Assembly: GCA_035286705.1 (NCBI GenBank)
Contig: DATECW010000030.1
Span: 1-63,864 of the forward strand
DNA from: Bacteroidota bacterium
Lineage (GTDB): Bacteria > Bacteroidota > Ignavibacteria > UBA10030
Length of the DNA: 63,864 nucleotides
Direction: 5' to 3'
In this document: positions 28,605 to 39,000 of the stretch, piece by piece
Position numbering within the stretch: position 1 is the first letter of the stretch
Layout: each line of letters begins with the position of its first letter
Translations under genes and position numbers: made by a program
The notes under the pieces: model-generated
What the model saw: only the letters and a program-made list of their open reading frames with translations
Told to the model about the DNA's origin: nothing
Database searches by the model: none

Positions 28605-28682
28605 ATAGACCCCGAACTCCCGAACAAAAACGTTTCGGGACAGGCAAGTTCGGGGGGACACATGAGCGTTTCTTGAGATGAG
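28605..28682. repeat. copy A of a ~78-bp nested-palindromic intergenic element
   Basis: Nearly identical to 33135-33210 (atagaccccgaactcccgaacaaaaacgtttcgggacaggcaagttcgggg...gagatgag). Ends 16 bp from the stop codon of the minus-strand gene 28699-29331. Confidence 0.9.
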
Positions 28683-28698
28683 CAATAGACATCCCCCA

Positions 28699-29331
28699 TC
28701 ATTTCAGAAGCGTCATTCTCTTCCGGGCAACTACCTGATTGTGCGAGGCATCGGTCACAGTCAATTGATAGACGTATACTCCGCTGGCGAGCGACAATGC
28801 ATCCCACGTCTCCTGATGATAACCGGGCGGCTTCTCCCCCACGATCACGCTGCCGACGTTTTGTCCAATCAGATTGAACACGTTCAGATTCACTTTGCTG
28901 TTTACAGACAACTGATAACTGATGACTGTCGCAGCGTTGAACGGATTGGGATAGTTCTGAAACAATTCAAACTTGTCGGGCGCAGCCACCGAAACAACCA
29001 TCTCCTTCCTCCATGATTGCCCGTTCGGCAACGAGACTGCAAACACCAATCTGTGCTCCTCCCCGACCGGTGCAGTTCTGTCGACAGAAAACGTATATGT
29101 GATCGGTTTTTCGGAATTCCCCTCCAACGACGGAATGGATTCCTTCCCATTCGAGAAAGTAATCCACGAAGGGATACTCATGATTTCGATGGTGACCGAC
29201 CGGGCCTCCACCGGAGATTCATTCTTCACAGAGAGTTCCAGAGTATTTCCTTCCGATGCAAAGGGAAGAATGACAGTCTGTCCCTGCAGCGATGAGAGCA
29301 GGAGAAACGGCAACAAGGCAAGTGTTTTCAT
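28699..29331 (-). CDS. small secreted protein with a T9SS C-terminal sorting domain
   Basis: ORF trimmed to the ATG at 29331. Signal MKTLALLPFLLLSSLQGQ. C-terminal FQNYPNPFNAATVISYQL...GVYVYQL. Confidence 0.75.
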   Translation of the reverse strand: MKTLALLPFLLLSSLQGQTVILPFASEGNTLELSVKNESPVEARSVTIEIMSIPSWITFSNGKESIPSLEGNSEKPITYTFSVDRTAPVGEEHRLVFAVSLPNGQSWRKEMVVSVAAPDKFELFQNYPNPFNAATVISYQLSVNSKVNLNVFNLIGQNVGSVIVGEKPPGYHQETWDALSLASGVYVYQLTVTDASHNQVVARKRMTLLK

Positions 29332-29603
29332 ATGACCCCCATAGGATTGGATTTGAACAGCGATCGGGAAGCGGAAGACCGGAGAATGAATGAACCCCCT
29401 TTGGCATGGAAGGACCCCCGGAACACTCAACGCTTCGCCTTATCGCCGAGTGGACAGCCAACAGTAAGAGATTTCTTTTCAAATGTCAAGGCGAGTGTGA
29501 AAATCAGCCGTTACGTCGTCCTTGAATCTTCAGTCCCGTGTTTCTATTTTTCCTGGAGTCACGAAAATACAAAGTCCGAGTCCGCAAAAGAGATTGGAAA
29601 GAA

Positions 29604-30296
29604 ATGAAAACAGCACTCATCACCGGGGCAAACAAAGGGATCGGATTTGAGATCGCACGGCAACTTGCAGAGGCAGGTTTCGAGGTGATTCTCTCCGGAA
29701 GAAACCGGAAGGCGGTCGAAGAAGCGGCCGAACGATTGACCAGGGACGATTATAGCGTTACTTCCCTTACAATGGATGTTTCGAATTATCAAAGCATCCG
29801 GAGCGCGTTTGAGAACATCGCCCAACGCGTCTCCCGGCTCGACGTTCTTGTCAATAATGCCGGCATTCTCCTCGATGAATCGATGAGCATCCTGAAGACT
29901 TCTCCGGAGATTGTTCACGAGACTCTCGACACAAACACACTTGGCCCTCTGTTCGTCACGCAATTATTCCTTCCGTTGCTGGGAAAGGGGAGCCGGATCA
30001 TCAACATCTCGAGCGGGGCCGGTGAAATCTGTCACGGCATGAGCTCCTATGCGCCGATCTATAGCATCAGCAAAACTGCCCTCAATGCAGTCACCTGCCA
30101 GCTTTCCATTGGTTTGTGGGGAAAGGGGATCGCAGTCAACGCAGTGTGTCCGGGGTGGGTCAGGACGTCCATGGGCGGAGTGATGGCATCTCGCTCGGTC
30201 AAAAAGGGTGCCGAAACGGCATTGTGGCTGGCAACAGAGGCACCAATCGGCGAAACGGGAAAATTCTGGCGCGACAAACGGACCATTTCCTGGTAG
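29604..30296 (+). CDS. short-chain dehydrogenase/reductase (carbonyl reductase-like SDR)
   Basis: ORF trimmed to the ATG at 29604. TGANKGIG cofactor motif, NNAG, and the YSISK catalytic Tyr-x3-Lys. Confidence 0.9.
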   Translation: MKTALITGANKGIGFEIARQLAEAGFEVILSGRNRKAVEEAAERLTRDDYSVTSLTMDVSNYQSIRSAFENIAQRVSRLDVLVNNAGILLDESMSILKTSPEIVHETLDTNTLGPLFVTQLFLPLLGKGSRIINISSGAGEICHGMSSYAPIYSISKTALNAVTCQLSIGLWGKGIAVNAVCPGWVRTSMGGVMASRSVKKGAETALWLATEAPIGETGKFWRDKRTISW

Positions 30297-30388
30297 TTGG
30301 TGTATACTTGAATCTTGAGCGGGCCGTGCTTAGATTGTCAGTCCCGGGGGCACCTCCCCGTTCGCAATATCACTCAAGGAGGCCAGCA

Positions 30389-32029
30389 ATGAAGCATCTT
30401 CTCGTCACAATCCTTTTTTGTGTCACTTCAACCACTCTCCTCTCCCAGGAATCGGTCGTTTCCGGAAAGCTTGTTGGATACGACGGCAAACCGATTCAGA
30501 AGGCAAACGTGGATCTGTACCGCATGAGCGATCGGTCAAAGGCCCTAGTGTCCGTCGAAGCGGGGACAGATGGTTCATATAAAGTTTCAACAAGTGAACA
30601 GGGAATGCTTCGTCTCCAGTTCTCCGGTGCCAATCACATGTCCAGCAACGTCCCCCTTCTTGCCGAAAAACCTGCACACGTGGGAATGAACGTTCGGCTT
30701 GCGGCCTATCCCTACAAAGAGACAATCGATGCACCGCAGATAATCGGCGATTTCAACAATTTTGCTTTTGCAAGTCCAAAGGAAATGACAAAGCAGGCGG
30801 ACGGGACGTTTGCTGCGGAATTCGCAACCGACAAATCCGAATTCAAGTATCAGATTGTCAACGTGCTCGATGAGCAGCGAAGTATCAACGGGACGCAATC
30901 GGAAAAATATGAATACGACGGGGGTGGAGACTATCAGTCTGTCGTTACACCAAGGGATGGGAAGGTCACGATCGTTTTTGATCCGCGAAAAGTCATTCGT
31001 TCAAACGCAGGTCAAAAGCTGACATTTGATGAGAAAAGCAAAGCCGCTGAACAGTTCATGGCCGCCTACAACGAAGTGATGGATGTACAGCAAGCGGCTC
31101 TGAAAGCCAGAATGGAATTTCAGAAATCCGGCAAGGATATGAAGACCTTCCAGTACGATGCGTCAGGACCCCTCAAGTCCCTGGAGGGGAAGATCGGCAA
31201 AGCGCGCGATTCCTACAGCAGGCAACTCCTCCTCATGCAGTACCTCGGCGTTTCTCCGTTGGCGAAGGAAGGAGTCGATTCGATGCTCATCCGTCGGGCC
31301 CTCAAGGAAATCCCGGTGGAATCGGGACTCTGGTCGGTCTCTCCCGGGCTTATTCTTTCTGCAATGGCCCGTGCGGGCACGAAATTCGATACAGAAGCCT
31401 ACCTGGACGGATTTCTCAAAGGGAACAAGGACAGGATGCTCAAATCGATGATCCTTTTCAATCAGATGATGGACGCAAGAATGCAGCAGAAGGACGCACA
31501 ATACAAAAAGTACTACTCGCTTCTTGTGGGTGAATATGGAGATACACAGTATGGGCAAATGACGAAACAGAGATTCACTGTGGAATCGGCCATTGCTGTC
31601 GGGAAGAAGGTTCCTTCGTTCAAGCTCGCTTCGCTCGATGATGCAACCTCGACAGTATCAAACGATCTCCTGAAGGGAAAAACCACGCTTCTGGATTTCT
31701 GGGCCGTCTGGTGCGGCCCCTGCATCGGGGAGATGGACAATATGCACAAGGCCTACGAGCGCTTCAAAGGAAAGAACTTTCAGATCATCAGTTTCTCTTT
31801 TGATGCAAAGCCTGAAGACGTCACGCAGTTCAGGGGGAAGAAGTGGAAGATGCCATGGCTTCATGCTTTTGTAGAAAAGGGCTTTGAAAGCGACCTGGCA
31901 AAACGATTCGAGGTGATGGGAATTCCCAAGCCGATTCTGGTGGATGGAGAGGGGAATATCCTGGCACTCGAAACCGACCTGCGGGGAGAAACACTCGAAA
32001 AGACGCTCGAGAAGTTTTTGGGGAAGTAA
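30389..32029 (+). CDS. secreted multidomain protein with a C-terminal TlpA/ResA-like thioredoxin-fold (thiol:disulfide oxidoreductase) domain
   Basis: ATG at 30389 follows AAGGAGG. Signal peptide. N-terminal carboxypeptidase-regulatory-like VVSGKLVGYDGKPI. C-terminal LLDFWAVWCGPC active site. Confidence 0.8.
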   Translation: MKHLLVTILFCVTSTTLLSQESVVSGKLVGYDGKPIQKANVDLYRMSDRSKALVSVEAGTDGSYKVSTSEQGMLRLQFSGANHMSSNVPLLAEKPAHVGMNVRLAAYPYKETIDAPQIIGDFNNFAFASPKEMTKQADGTFAAEFATDKSEFKYQIVNVLDEQRSINGTQSEKYEYDGGGDYQSVVTPRDGKVTIVFDPRKVIRSNAGQKLTFDEKSKAAEQFMAAYNEVMDVQQAALKARMEFQKSGKDMKTFQYDASGPLKSLEGKIGKARDSYSRQLLLMQYLGVSPLAKEGVDSMLIRRALKEIPVESGLWSVSPGLILSAMARAGTKFDTEAYLDGFLKGNKDRMLKSMILFNQMMDARMQQKDAQYKKYYSLLVGEYGDTQYGQMTKQRFTVESAIAVGKKVPSFKLASLDDATSTVSNDLLKGKTTLLDFWAVWCGPCIGEMDNMHKAYERFKGKNFQIISFSFDAKPEDVTQFRGKKWKMPWLHAFVEKGFESDLAKRFEVMGIPKPILVDGEGNILALETDLRGETLEKTLEKFLGK

Positions 32030-32051
32030 CAGGTTTCAAAGCCACAATCGA

Positions 32052-32097
32052 AAGTCCGACATCCGCGAAAGCATTCCCTCACGCTGATGTCGGACTT
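32052..32097. terminator. hairpin between convergent genes (bidirectional terminator candidate)
   Basis: 12-bp arms AAGTCCGACATC / GATGTCGGACTT separated by 22 nt. Confidence 0.6.
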
Positions 32098-32102
32098 CTG
32101 CC

Positions 32103-32981
32103 TCAGACGGATTCGGCAGCCTCGAGGGTATTGGAGAGAAGCATCGCAATCGTCATTGGTCCCACACCACCGGGAACCGGTGTGATTGCCTTTGCGACAG
32201 CGCTTGCAGATTGAAAATGAACGTCGCCGACGATTCGATAACCCTTCTTCGCAGAGCGATCGTCGACCCGGTTCGTCCCCACATCCACCACCACCACGCC
32301 CGGCTTGAGCATGTCTCCCGTAATCGATTCCGGACGACCCATGGCTGCTATGAGGATATCGGCGCTTTTGGTGTACGGGCGAAGATCTTCTGCTCCCGTA
32401 TGAGCAACCGTAACGACCGCATTTGCGCCAAGCTGCTTTTGAAAGAGAATATTGGCTACCGGCTTTCCAACAATGTTGCTCCGCCCAACCACCACCACGT
32501 GCTTCCCTCCCGGATCATTGCCGCTCCGGATGAGCAGTTGCTGAATTCCCGCCGGTGTGCACGGTTTGAATCCTTTTCCCCCCGTCACCAGCTGGCCGAC
32601 GTTCCATGGATGAAAGCCGTCTACATCTTTCTTCGGGTCGATCGACTCGATCATCACGTGTTCACGGATTTGTGACGGCAGGGGAAGTTGTACGAGGATT
32701 CCATGGATTTTGGGGTTTTCATTGAAGCCTCGGATCATTTCGAGAAGCTTCTGTTCGGACGTTTCCTTCGGCAACTTCTCCGTCACAGAGTAGAACCCCG
32801 CTTCAGCACACGCCTTCCCCTTCATTCCCACATAGGATTGTGATGCCGGATTGTCGCCGACGAGGATGAAGGCCAGCCCGGGAGTGATACCCCGTTGTTT
32901 CTTCAGTTCTTCCGTTTTTCTTTTGACATCGAGGCGAATTTCAGCTGCGATCGCCTTTCCGTCAATAATTTGTGCCGGCAT
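32103..32981 (-). CDS. folD: bifunctional methylenetetrahydrofolate dehydrogenase/methenyltetrahydrofolate cyclohydrolase
   Basis: MPAQIIDGKAIA...PGLAFILVGDNPASQSYVGMK...GILVQLPLP...CTPAGI...VVVGRSNIVGKP...PVPGGVGPMTIAML. Confidence 0.95.
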   Translation of the reverse strand: MPAQIIDGKAIAAEIRLDVKRKTEELKKQRGITPGLAFILVGDNPASQSYVGMKGKACAEAGFYSVTEKLPKETSEQKLLEMIRGFNENPKIHGILVQLPLPSQIREHVMIESIDPKKDVDGFHPWNVGQLVTGGKGFKPCTPAGIQQLLIRSGNDPGGKHVVVVGRSNIVGKPVANILFQKQLGANAVVTVAHTGAEDLRPYTKSADILIAAMGRPESITGDMLKPGVVVVDVGTNRVDDRSAKKGYRIVGDVHFQSASAVAKAITPVPGGVGPMTIAMLLSNTLEAAESV

Positions 32982-33067
32982 GATTTCGCGCTATGTGATG
33001 GGACACTGAAAAGCACAGAAAGCAACTGAAATACACGTGACTAGAAGCCGTCTCAAAAACACGCTGC

Positions 33068-33210
33068 GTCATGCTGAACTTGCCTGCCCCGAATGTCGTT
33101 GTTCGGGGGTTCAGCATCCACTTCTTGGCCTGTCATAGACCCCGAACTCCCGAACAAAAACGTTTCGGGACAGGCAAGTTCGGGGGACACATTCGCGTTT
33201 TTGAGATGAG
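33068..33210. repeat. copy B of the nested-palindromic element, extended form with long-range inverted repeat
   Basis: 33135-33210 matches copy A. In addition, GAACTTGCCTGCCCCGAA (33075-33092) is the reverse complement, with 1 mismatch, of TTCGGGACAGGCAAGTTC (33164-33181). Ends 2 bp from the ymdB-like stop. Confidence 0.9.
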
Positions 33211-33212
33211 TT

Positions 33213-34010
33213 CTAAATAAAACTGGGGAAGATCACTTGCTCGATCTTTGTCGCCTTTCCCGTGTCGCGGTCAACCTGGACATAAACGGCGCACAACCGC
33301 ACATCATCGCTTGCCATTTCGAACTTGTGAGGGGTTTGTGTAAGAAATCGCCGAATGGCGACCTCTTTTCGCATGCCGATGACTGAATCATACGGACCGC
33401 TCATTCCCACGTCTGTGATGAACGCGGTCCCTTTCGGCAGGATCCGTGCATCCGCAGTCGGGACATGCGTGTGTGTTCCCACGATGGCGCTCACCCTTCC
33501 GTCCAGATGCCACGCGAGGGCCATTTTTTCTGCAGACGCTTCGGCATGCATGTCGATAAACAGAACTTTCGTGTCGTTAGCCAACTTGCTGACAGCCCAA
33601 TCGGCCGCCTTGAATGGGTCGTCGATGGGCTGCATAAAGGTTCTGCCCTGCAGGTTGATCACTCCCACCTGCCCTTTTTCCTTCAGGTCATAGAGGACAA
33701 TGCCCTGACCGCTGTTTTCCCTGGGATAGTTCAAAGGACGAAGAATGTTCCGTTCCTTTGCAAGCAGCGCTCTGGTTTGCCACCGATCCCACAGATGGTT
33801 TCCGGTGGTAATCACATGCGCGCCCAAACCGAAGAGGGTCTTCGCGTCTTCTTCGGACACGCCCTTCCCATCGGTCACATTCTCCCCGTTCACAACGCAG
33901 AAATCGACTTCGTATTTCTGCAGATACGTTTTCAGGAGTTTTTCGACGAGTTGCAGGCCGGGTTTACCGACGATATCGCCGACAAAGAAAATGTTCAGAA
34001 GATTTGACAA
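33213..34010 (-). CDS. ymdB: YmdB-family metallophosphoesterase (2',3'-cyclic-nucleotide phosphodiesterase-like)
   Basis: FFVGDIVGKPG, VVNGENVTDGKG, ITTGNHLWD, LRPLNYP and GTHTHVPT motifs. TTG start at 34010. Confidence 0.85.
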   Translation of the reverse strand: MSNLLNIFFVGDIVGKPGLQLVEKLLKTYLQKYEVDFCVVNGENVTDGKGVSEEDAKTLFGLGAHVITTGNHLWDRWQTRALLAKERNILRPLNYPRENSGQGIVLYDLKEKGQVGVINLQGRTFMQPIDDPFKAADWAVSKLANDTKVLFIDMHAEASAEKMALAWHLDGRVSAIVGTHTHVPTADARILPKGTAFITDVGMSGPYDSVIGMRKEVAIRRFLTQTPHKFEMASDDVRLCAVYVQVDRDTGKATKIEQVIFPSFI

Positions 34011-34322
34011 GGAGTGTCTTCCATCAGCATTGGAGAATGCAATATAAGGAAAAAAGGGGGGGGAAACGGATAGAAAAAACCACTACGACGATGTTCTCGA
34101 AGATCTTTGTTCCGTTACCTCAAGACTATGCCATCGAATCGAATTCGACGGCTCTCATTCCATGGCAAAGTCACAATCCCGCTTTGCGGGATTGAGGATC
34201 CACTCAGGGCTATTAGACGTCCGTTTGAACGGACGGCGGCCAGACCAAACTCCTTTAATTGGGTCAACGTTCAGGGCGGATGTATAGACCGAAATGCGGG
34301 GGCACTTCACAACATCTCCGGC

Positions 34323-34874
34323 TCACCGATGCCGCAGACGGAGAAACCGTCTGAGGACAAATCGGTCGAGCAGTGCGAGAACCAATATGGAAAAGATCGT
34401 CATCGAAAGAATTTTGGATTCTTCGGTCGCGGTCTGACTGGTCATCGTTTGACTCATGCGACCGGTTTCCTGAGTCAGAACCTGTTCCATCTGGGTGTAG
34501 TAGTCTGAGAAGAGCTTTGAGAGCGATGACTGATCGGAAGTCCCGCCAGAACCCGGGAGAAGAGTCAGTGCGAATCCCACAACACCCAGGACAACGACCA
34601 TGGCAAGCATTTTTCCCGTACCCCCGAGGAAGCGAAAGATCCACGTTTCCTGGGAACCCGGATCAATGGTTTCCATGACGCTGCGGGTAAACCTCGTTGA
34701 TGTTTTCACCACCGGTGCTTCCTTCGCCGCCCGTGCCATCGACCGTTGGATCGCCACTTCACGGGCGCACCGGGGACATGCAGCCGCATGACGGGCCAGA
34801 GCATCCGTTCCCTCTCCGATACTCCCGTCGGCGAGGTCCTGCACTTGCTTATAGTTGAGGTGTGACATTGCCAT
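34323..34874 (-). CDS. anti-sigma factor (zf-HC2 type), single-pass membrane protein
   Basis: Start moved to the ATG at 34874, 4 nt after the sigma gene stop. H-x3-C-x2-C motif RHAAACPRCA. One TM helix (MLAMVVVLGVVGFALTLL). Confidence 0.7.
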   Translation of the reverse strand: MAMSHLNYKQVQDLADGSIGEGTDALARHAAACPRCAREVAIQRSMARAAKEAPVVKTSTRFTRSVMETIDPGSQETWIFRFLGGTGKMLAMVVVLGVVGFALTLLPGSGGTSDQSSLSKLFSDYYTQMEQVLTQETGRMSQTMTSQTATEESKILSMTIFSILVLALLDRFVLRRFLRLRHR

Positions 34875-34878
34875 CTCC

Positions 34879-35565
34879 TTAACGAAACGCCGCGGCAATT
34901 TTGCCCGTGGCGATTTCGACATTCTCCTGCAGCCTTCCTTCTATTGCTTTCTGAAGCAGAAGGCGGGCCCGAAACAGTTTGGCCTTCACCGTTCCCAGGG
35001 GCATACCGGTCACGGAGACAATCTCATCGTAACTCATTTCATGAAGGAAGAACATTGTGACAACGCTGCTATACGTCGCCGGCAAGCGATTGATCTCATC
35101 GACAACAACACTTCTCATTTCGGATGATTCAAGCTGCACATCCGGACCAGGTTCGGCATCAGGCAGCTCCCGTTTCATTTCCTCTTCGTTGTCGCTGATG
35201 GAAATGTGAATGTCCTCCCCCTTCTTGCTGAGGGCCGTGGAGCACACGTTGTAGACAATTCGGTAGAACCATGTGGAGAAACTCGATCGCCATTCGAATC
35301 TGCTCAACGCGTTGAAGGCGCGGAGAAACGCATCCTGGAGCGCCTCTTCGGCCTCCTCGCGGTTCTTGAGCATGCGCACAGCCAGGGTCATGGCCCGGTC
35401 CTTATGACGATTGACAAGCTCGGAAAACGCCTTCTTGTCGCCCGCAAGGACGCTTTCGATTATTTCCTGGTCAGTTTTGGCCAATTTCGGTTCCGTACGC
35501 GTTCCCTTTCTTAGACCCCAAAATCGCGCTTCGGGTTTCGTTTGGACGTGAAACCCTGGGGGCAT
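34879..35565 (-). CDS. ECF-type RNA polymerase sigma-70 family factor
   Basis: Region 2 ...AFSELVNRHKDRAMTLAVRML.NREEAEEALQDAFLRAF.... Region 4 ...VVTMFFLHEMSYDEIVSVTGMPLGTVKAKLFRAR. The true start may be the TTG at 35484. Confidence 0.85.
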   Translation of the reverse strand: MPPGFHVQTKPEARFWGLRKGTRTEPKLAKTDQEIIESVLAGDKKAFSELVNRHKDRAMTLAVRMLKNREEAEEALQDAFLRAFNALSRFEWRSSFSTWFYRIVYNVCSTALSKKGEDIHISISDNEEEMKRELPDAEPGPDVQLESSEMRSVVVDEINRLPATYSSVVTMFFLHEMSYDEIVSVTGMPLGTVKAKLFRARLLLQKAIEGRLQENVEIATGKIAAAFR

Positions 35566-35627
35566 TCTTCAGGTCAAAGTTACTAAAGGACTGGAACAGA
35601 GACAAACGCCCAAGAAAGGATAATTGT

Positions 35628-35981
35628 ATGGAACCAGCAGCTGTTGTATTCATAGTCTTCGGATCGGTCGGATTCGTTCTTTATACATGGATCCAATCCC
35701 GTCACAAGGAACGGATGTCCATGATCGACAAAGGGGTCAAAGCATCGGAATTGAAGGGATCAATTTTCCCTGATATTCTTCGTCCGAATCCGCTCTCCAG
35801 TCTGAAATGGGGATTGCTGGCGATGTTTGTTGGAGCAGGATTGATTGTTGCCAACATCCTCGACCGATACTTCTACTTCCACGAGTCGGTCTATTTTGCC
35901 AGCATGTTGATCGCTGGTGGCATTGGGCTGGTGATTTTCTACTTCGTTGCTTCAAAGAAGATGAAGGATGAGAGTTTGTAG
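35628..35981 (+). CDS. small membrane protein of the type often found beside ECF sigma genes (DUF6249-like)
   Basis: MEPAAVVFIVFGSVGFVLYTWIQSRHKERMSMIDKG... with 3-4 TM helices. Family name from recall only. Confidence 0.55.
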   Translation: MEPAAVVFIVFGSVGFVLYTWIQSRHKERMSMIDKGVKASELKGSIFPDILRPNPLSSLKWGLLAMFVGAGLIVANILDRYFYFHESVYFASMLIAGGIGLVIFYFVASKKMKDESL

Positions 35982-36010
35982 GCAACCCCAATTCGCGCGA
36001 ACATGAACGC

Positions 36011-36040
36011 AAGAAGCCCTGAACTGCAGGGCTTCTTTTG
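36011..36040. terminator. hairpin plus T-run between convergent genes
   Basis: AAGAAGCCCTG-aactg-CAGGGCTTCTT followed by TTG TTT. Confidence 0.7.
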
Positions 36041-36063
36041 TTTGAATCTGCGACTCTCGGAGG

Positions 36064-39000
36064 TTACTTCGTCAGCACAAACTTCTTGCTTATCGATTTC
36101 CCTCCAAAATCCAGCTTGTAAAAATACACACCGCTCGGGAGCTTCGAAGCATCGAACATCGTCTCGTGTGATCCCGCCTTCATGGTTCCGTTGACCAACT
36201 CTGCCACAGCTCTTCCGAGCAGGTCATAAACCTTCAACGTGACATTTCCATCTTCTGGGAGCACAAAGCTGATCGTGGTGGAGGGATTGAAGGGATTAGG
36301 GAAATTCGATATCTCTAATTGACCGCTACCCGTCGTTGCCGATGCTGTGACGCTTCCTTCCAAACCAACCTTGCTGATTCCCAGAATAGCCAGCGTCGCA
36401 TCATCGATTGAAGAGCCGTGTTTGGTTAAGAGTTCAGCCAGATATTTGTCGGAAGTCTCCTTCTGGCTCACATCGAACCATTTGAGAGTAGCGAGACACA
36501 GCAGGGCATTCTTCTCGTTCTCGCTGTTTGGATATTTCTGAGCGATATTTAACGCCACATTCTCACACTCAGCGAAACGGTTCGTAGCGGCATACATTCC
36601 CATAAGGACTTCCGATGCTGCAAGGCCCAGTTCGCCTTCAGTGCTTGTGTATGACTCAACAAGAGGCACAATCGATACATCGTTGGCTGTCCGGGATAGC
36701 TCGAGCAGTCCCACCATTGCCCTGACCCGAAGCCGCTCCTCAGTTGATTCCTGTATTATCTGTGAATAAAGGTCTTTTGAGATGGTATGGTCACCGCGCA
36801 GGAAAGCGGCAACGGCGGTTTCGAGCTTTGCGGTCTTTTCGCCCATGGTCGGAGTCGGGACGGCTGCTGCCACTGCTTCACCACCTCCACCCTCGGGGCA
36901 ATTTTGTGACTGAAGCGCATAGTCGGCATATAGGTAGGAGGTGCCATCAACATACAACTGACCTGGAGGGACAGGATAGACCCCCCACCAGTTCCCCTCC
37001 GCCAGAATGTAGGAGTATGCCACAGAACTCGCCTTGAGCTGCGTCGATGAGTCAATCTTGTTGCACGCTCCGTAGTAGTGAGGAGAACCCTGAGTGAAAT
37101 TATAATCTCCAAAGTAGATGGTGGAATGGTTGTTCGCCCGGATGCCGTGGAGGTTGGTGTATACGGAATTCTGGCCGGCAAAAGCTTCATAGTCGCCGGT
37201 CCAGTTCGTTGTGACAGAAGCATAGTTCTCGCAGTAGACAGTGAAAATCCCGCCCCGAAGCGCATTGCTACCGACTCGTGGGGCATTCGAGTTATAAACG
37301 ACTATTTGCCCGTAGGCGCTGGGAGAGCCGTTGTTCTGAATACTATTGGAGATGACAACAGGGCAGCCAGTGCCGTTTCCGCTGGCCACGACCCCGTGAT
37401 AGAAGTTATTCCTGATGGAATTTGACTGAATTCTCGGTGAGGAGTTCCCCTGAATGACAATGCCGTTGCCTGCACCAAGGTCCTTGATCGTCGAGCTGCT
37501 GATCAATCCGGTTGAACTTGATGCAAACCGCACGCCGTTGGAGGCGCCACCTTGGCCCTGAATAGTTGTAAAGGTCACAGTGGGATTGGAACCATAGAAT
37601 TGCAGTGCTCCGTTTGAAGAGAAGTTGGCGTTGTCAACCGTGCAATGGTCCATTGTGAAGGAGCTGACATTCGTCACTTTCACCGGTTCCGTGGCATAAG
37701 AAATCGTGCAATAGGTGAGCGAAGATCCATTTGCGCTGGAGCCGCTAAACTCAAGGCCTGTCCATGAAGAGCCGCTCTTGGTGAAGGTTATCCTCTGGCC
37801 TGATAAGCCGTTGGCAACGAGCACTCCATTCACAACAAGCTTTGAGCCGTTGGGGAACTGAAGAGTTGTCCCGGGACTCAAGGTGAGGGTTGCACCTGAA
37901 GCAACGGTGACTGTTCCAGCCATGGTGTAAGTTCCGGCGGGGATGGTGACGCTGGTGGTGATGTTTGTTGTTGAATAGTTGGCTGTGATGGATGCGCCAG
38001 AAGATGTGAACACGACCGCAGCGGAATCATACCCATTAGCTCCCGGTCCCGCATCTTGTAATGTGGCTCCGCTTTTTGTCCATCCCTGAAAGAAGGCATG
38101 GTAGCTTTGGCCTTGGACTTGTTGGATGTTCAGGGCGCGGACGGAGTAGTAAGGCGGAGTCCACGCGGGCGGGCCGCTTTGATTCAAGAATACACCTTGA
38201 TGGCTTTGACCTGTGCTGAGATCGAATGAAGCTTGCGAATACCATGCGGCATCCTGATGGCCGCGGTTTCGCATGCCATAGGGGGACTCGTTGAGGTCGA
38301 TGTACCACGGGTCGCGAAATTCAACGCTGCCTCCTGTCAACGAAGTCTGGATTGTCGCATTGGAGGCCGAATTGAATTGGGATCGTATCTGGGTCACTCC
38401 GGGTTGGATGGAAAAATCCCTGTGATTTTTGACGTCTGAGTCGGTATTCCATGTGTTGTGTTTTTCAGTGGAACCGCTCTTAAACGCCTGCAGGGCGCGA
38501 ATGACTTCTGTTGTATTGCTCTCCATGAGGACAGATTCACCCGCGCTATAATCAGAAAAGGCACCTTGATTCCATCGTCCTAGTTTGCCAAAAGAGGTGG
38601 ATGAAACGTCTTTCTGATCCATAGTAACCAACTGATAGTTTTGCGGGATTAGCGTCGCAGTCGTGAGTTCGCGGAAGAAAGTCTTCCTTACGTTGCCAGT
38701 CGTGTTTTCCATCCATAATGCATACGCTTTACCGAGACGGGAGAAAAGTCCGTGATAGTCTCCAACAAAGCCTTCGGTCCCAAGCGTCGTGAATCCCCCT
38801 GACTCTCCCACGATAGTTTCCGTAAATGAAGCAAAACCGTTGGTCGAGTACCGAAACTTCGAGTAGATTGGAATGCTTTGGTCAGGTCCGCTGGTAGAGT
38901 AATACAGAACTGAGATGACACCTCCAACATCAATGCTGATGGCTGGCATCCACTGATCACCAGATGATCCGTCAACAGTCACGTTGCTACCCCATGTCAG

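Noticed and set aside
30116-30388. Extended N-termini given by the ORF track (for example 30116, 29538, 17703, 5021, 4558, 40065, 42509, 44230, 57836, 58952, 54071)
   Set aside because: These extensions overlap upstream genes or lack signal-peptide logic. Internal ATGs with SD-like sequences and proper signal peptides or conserved N-termini were used instead.
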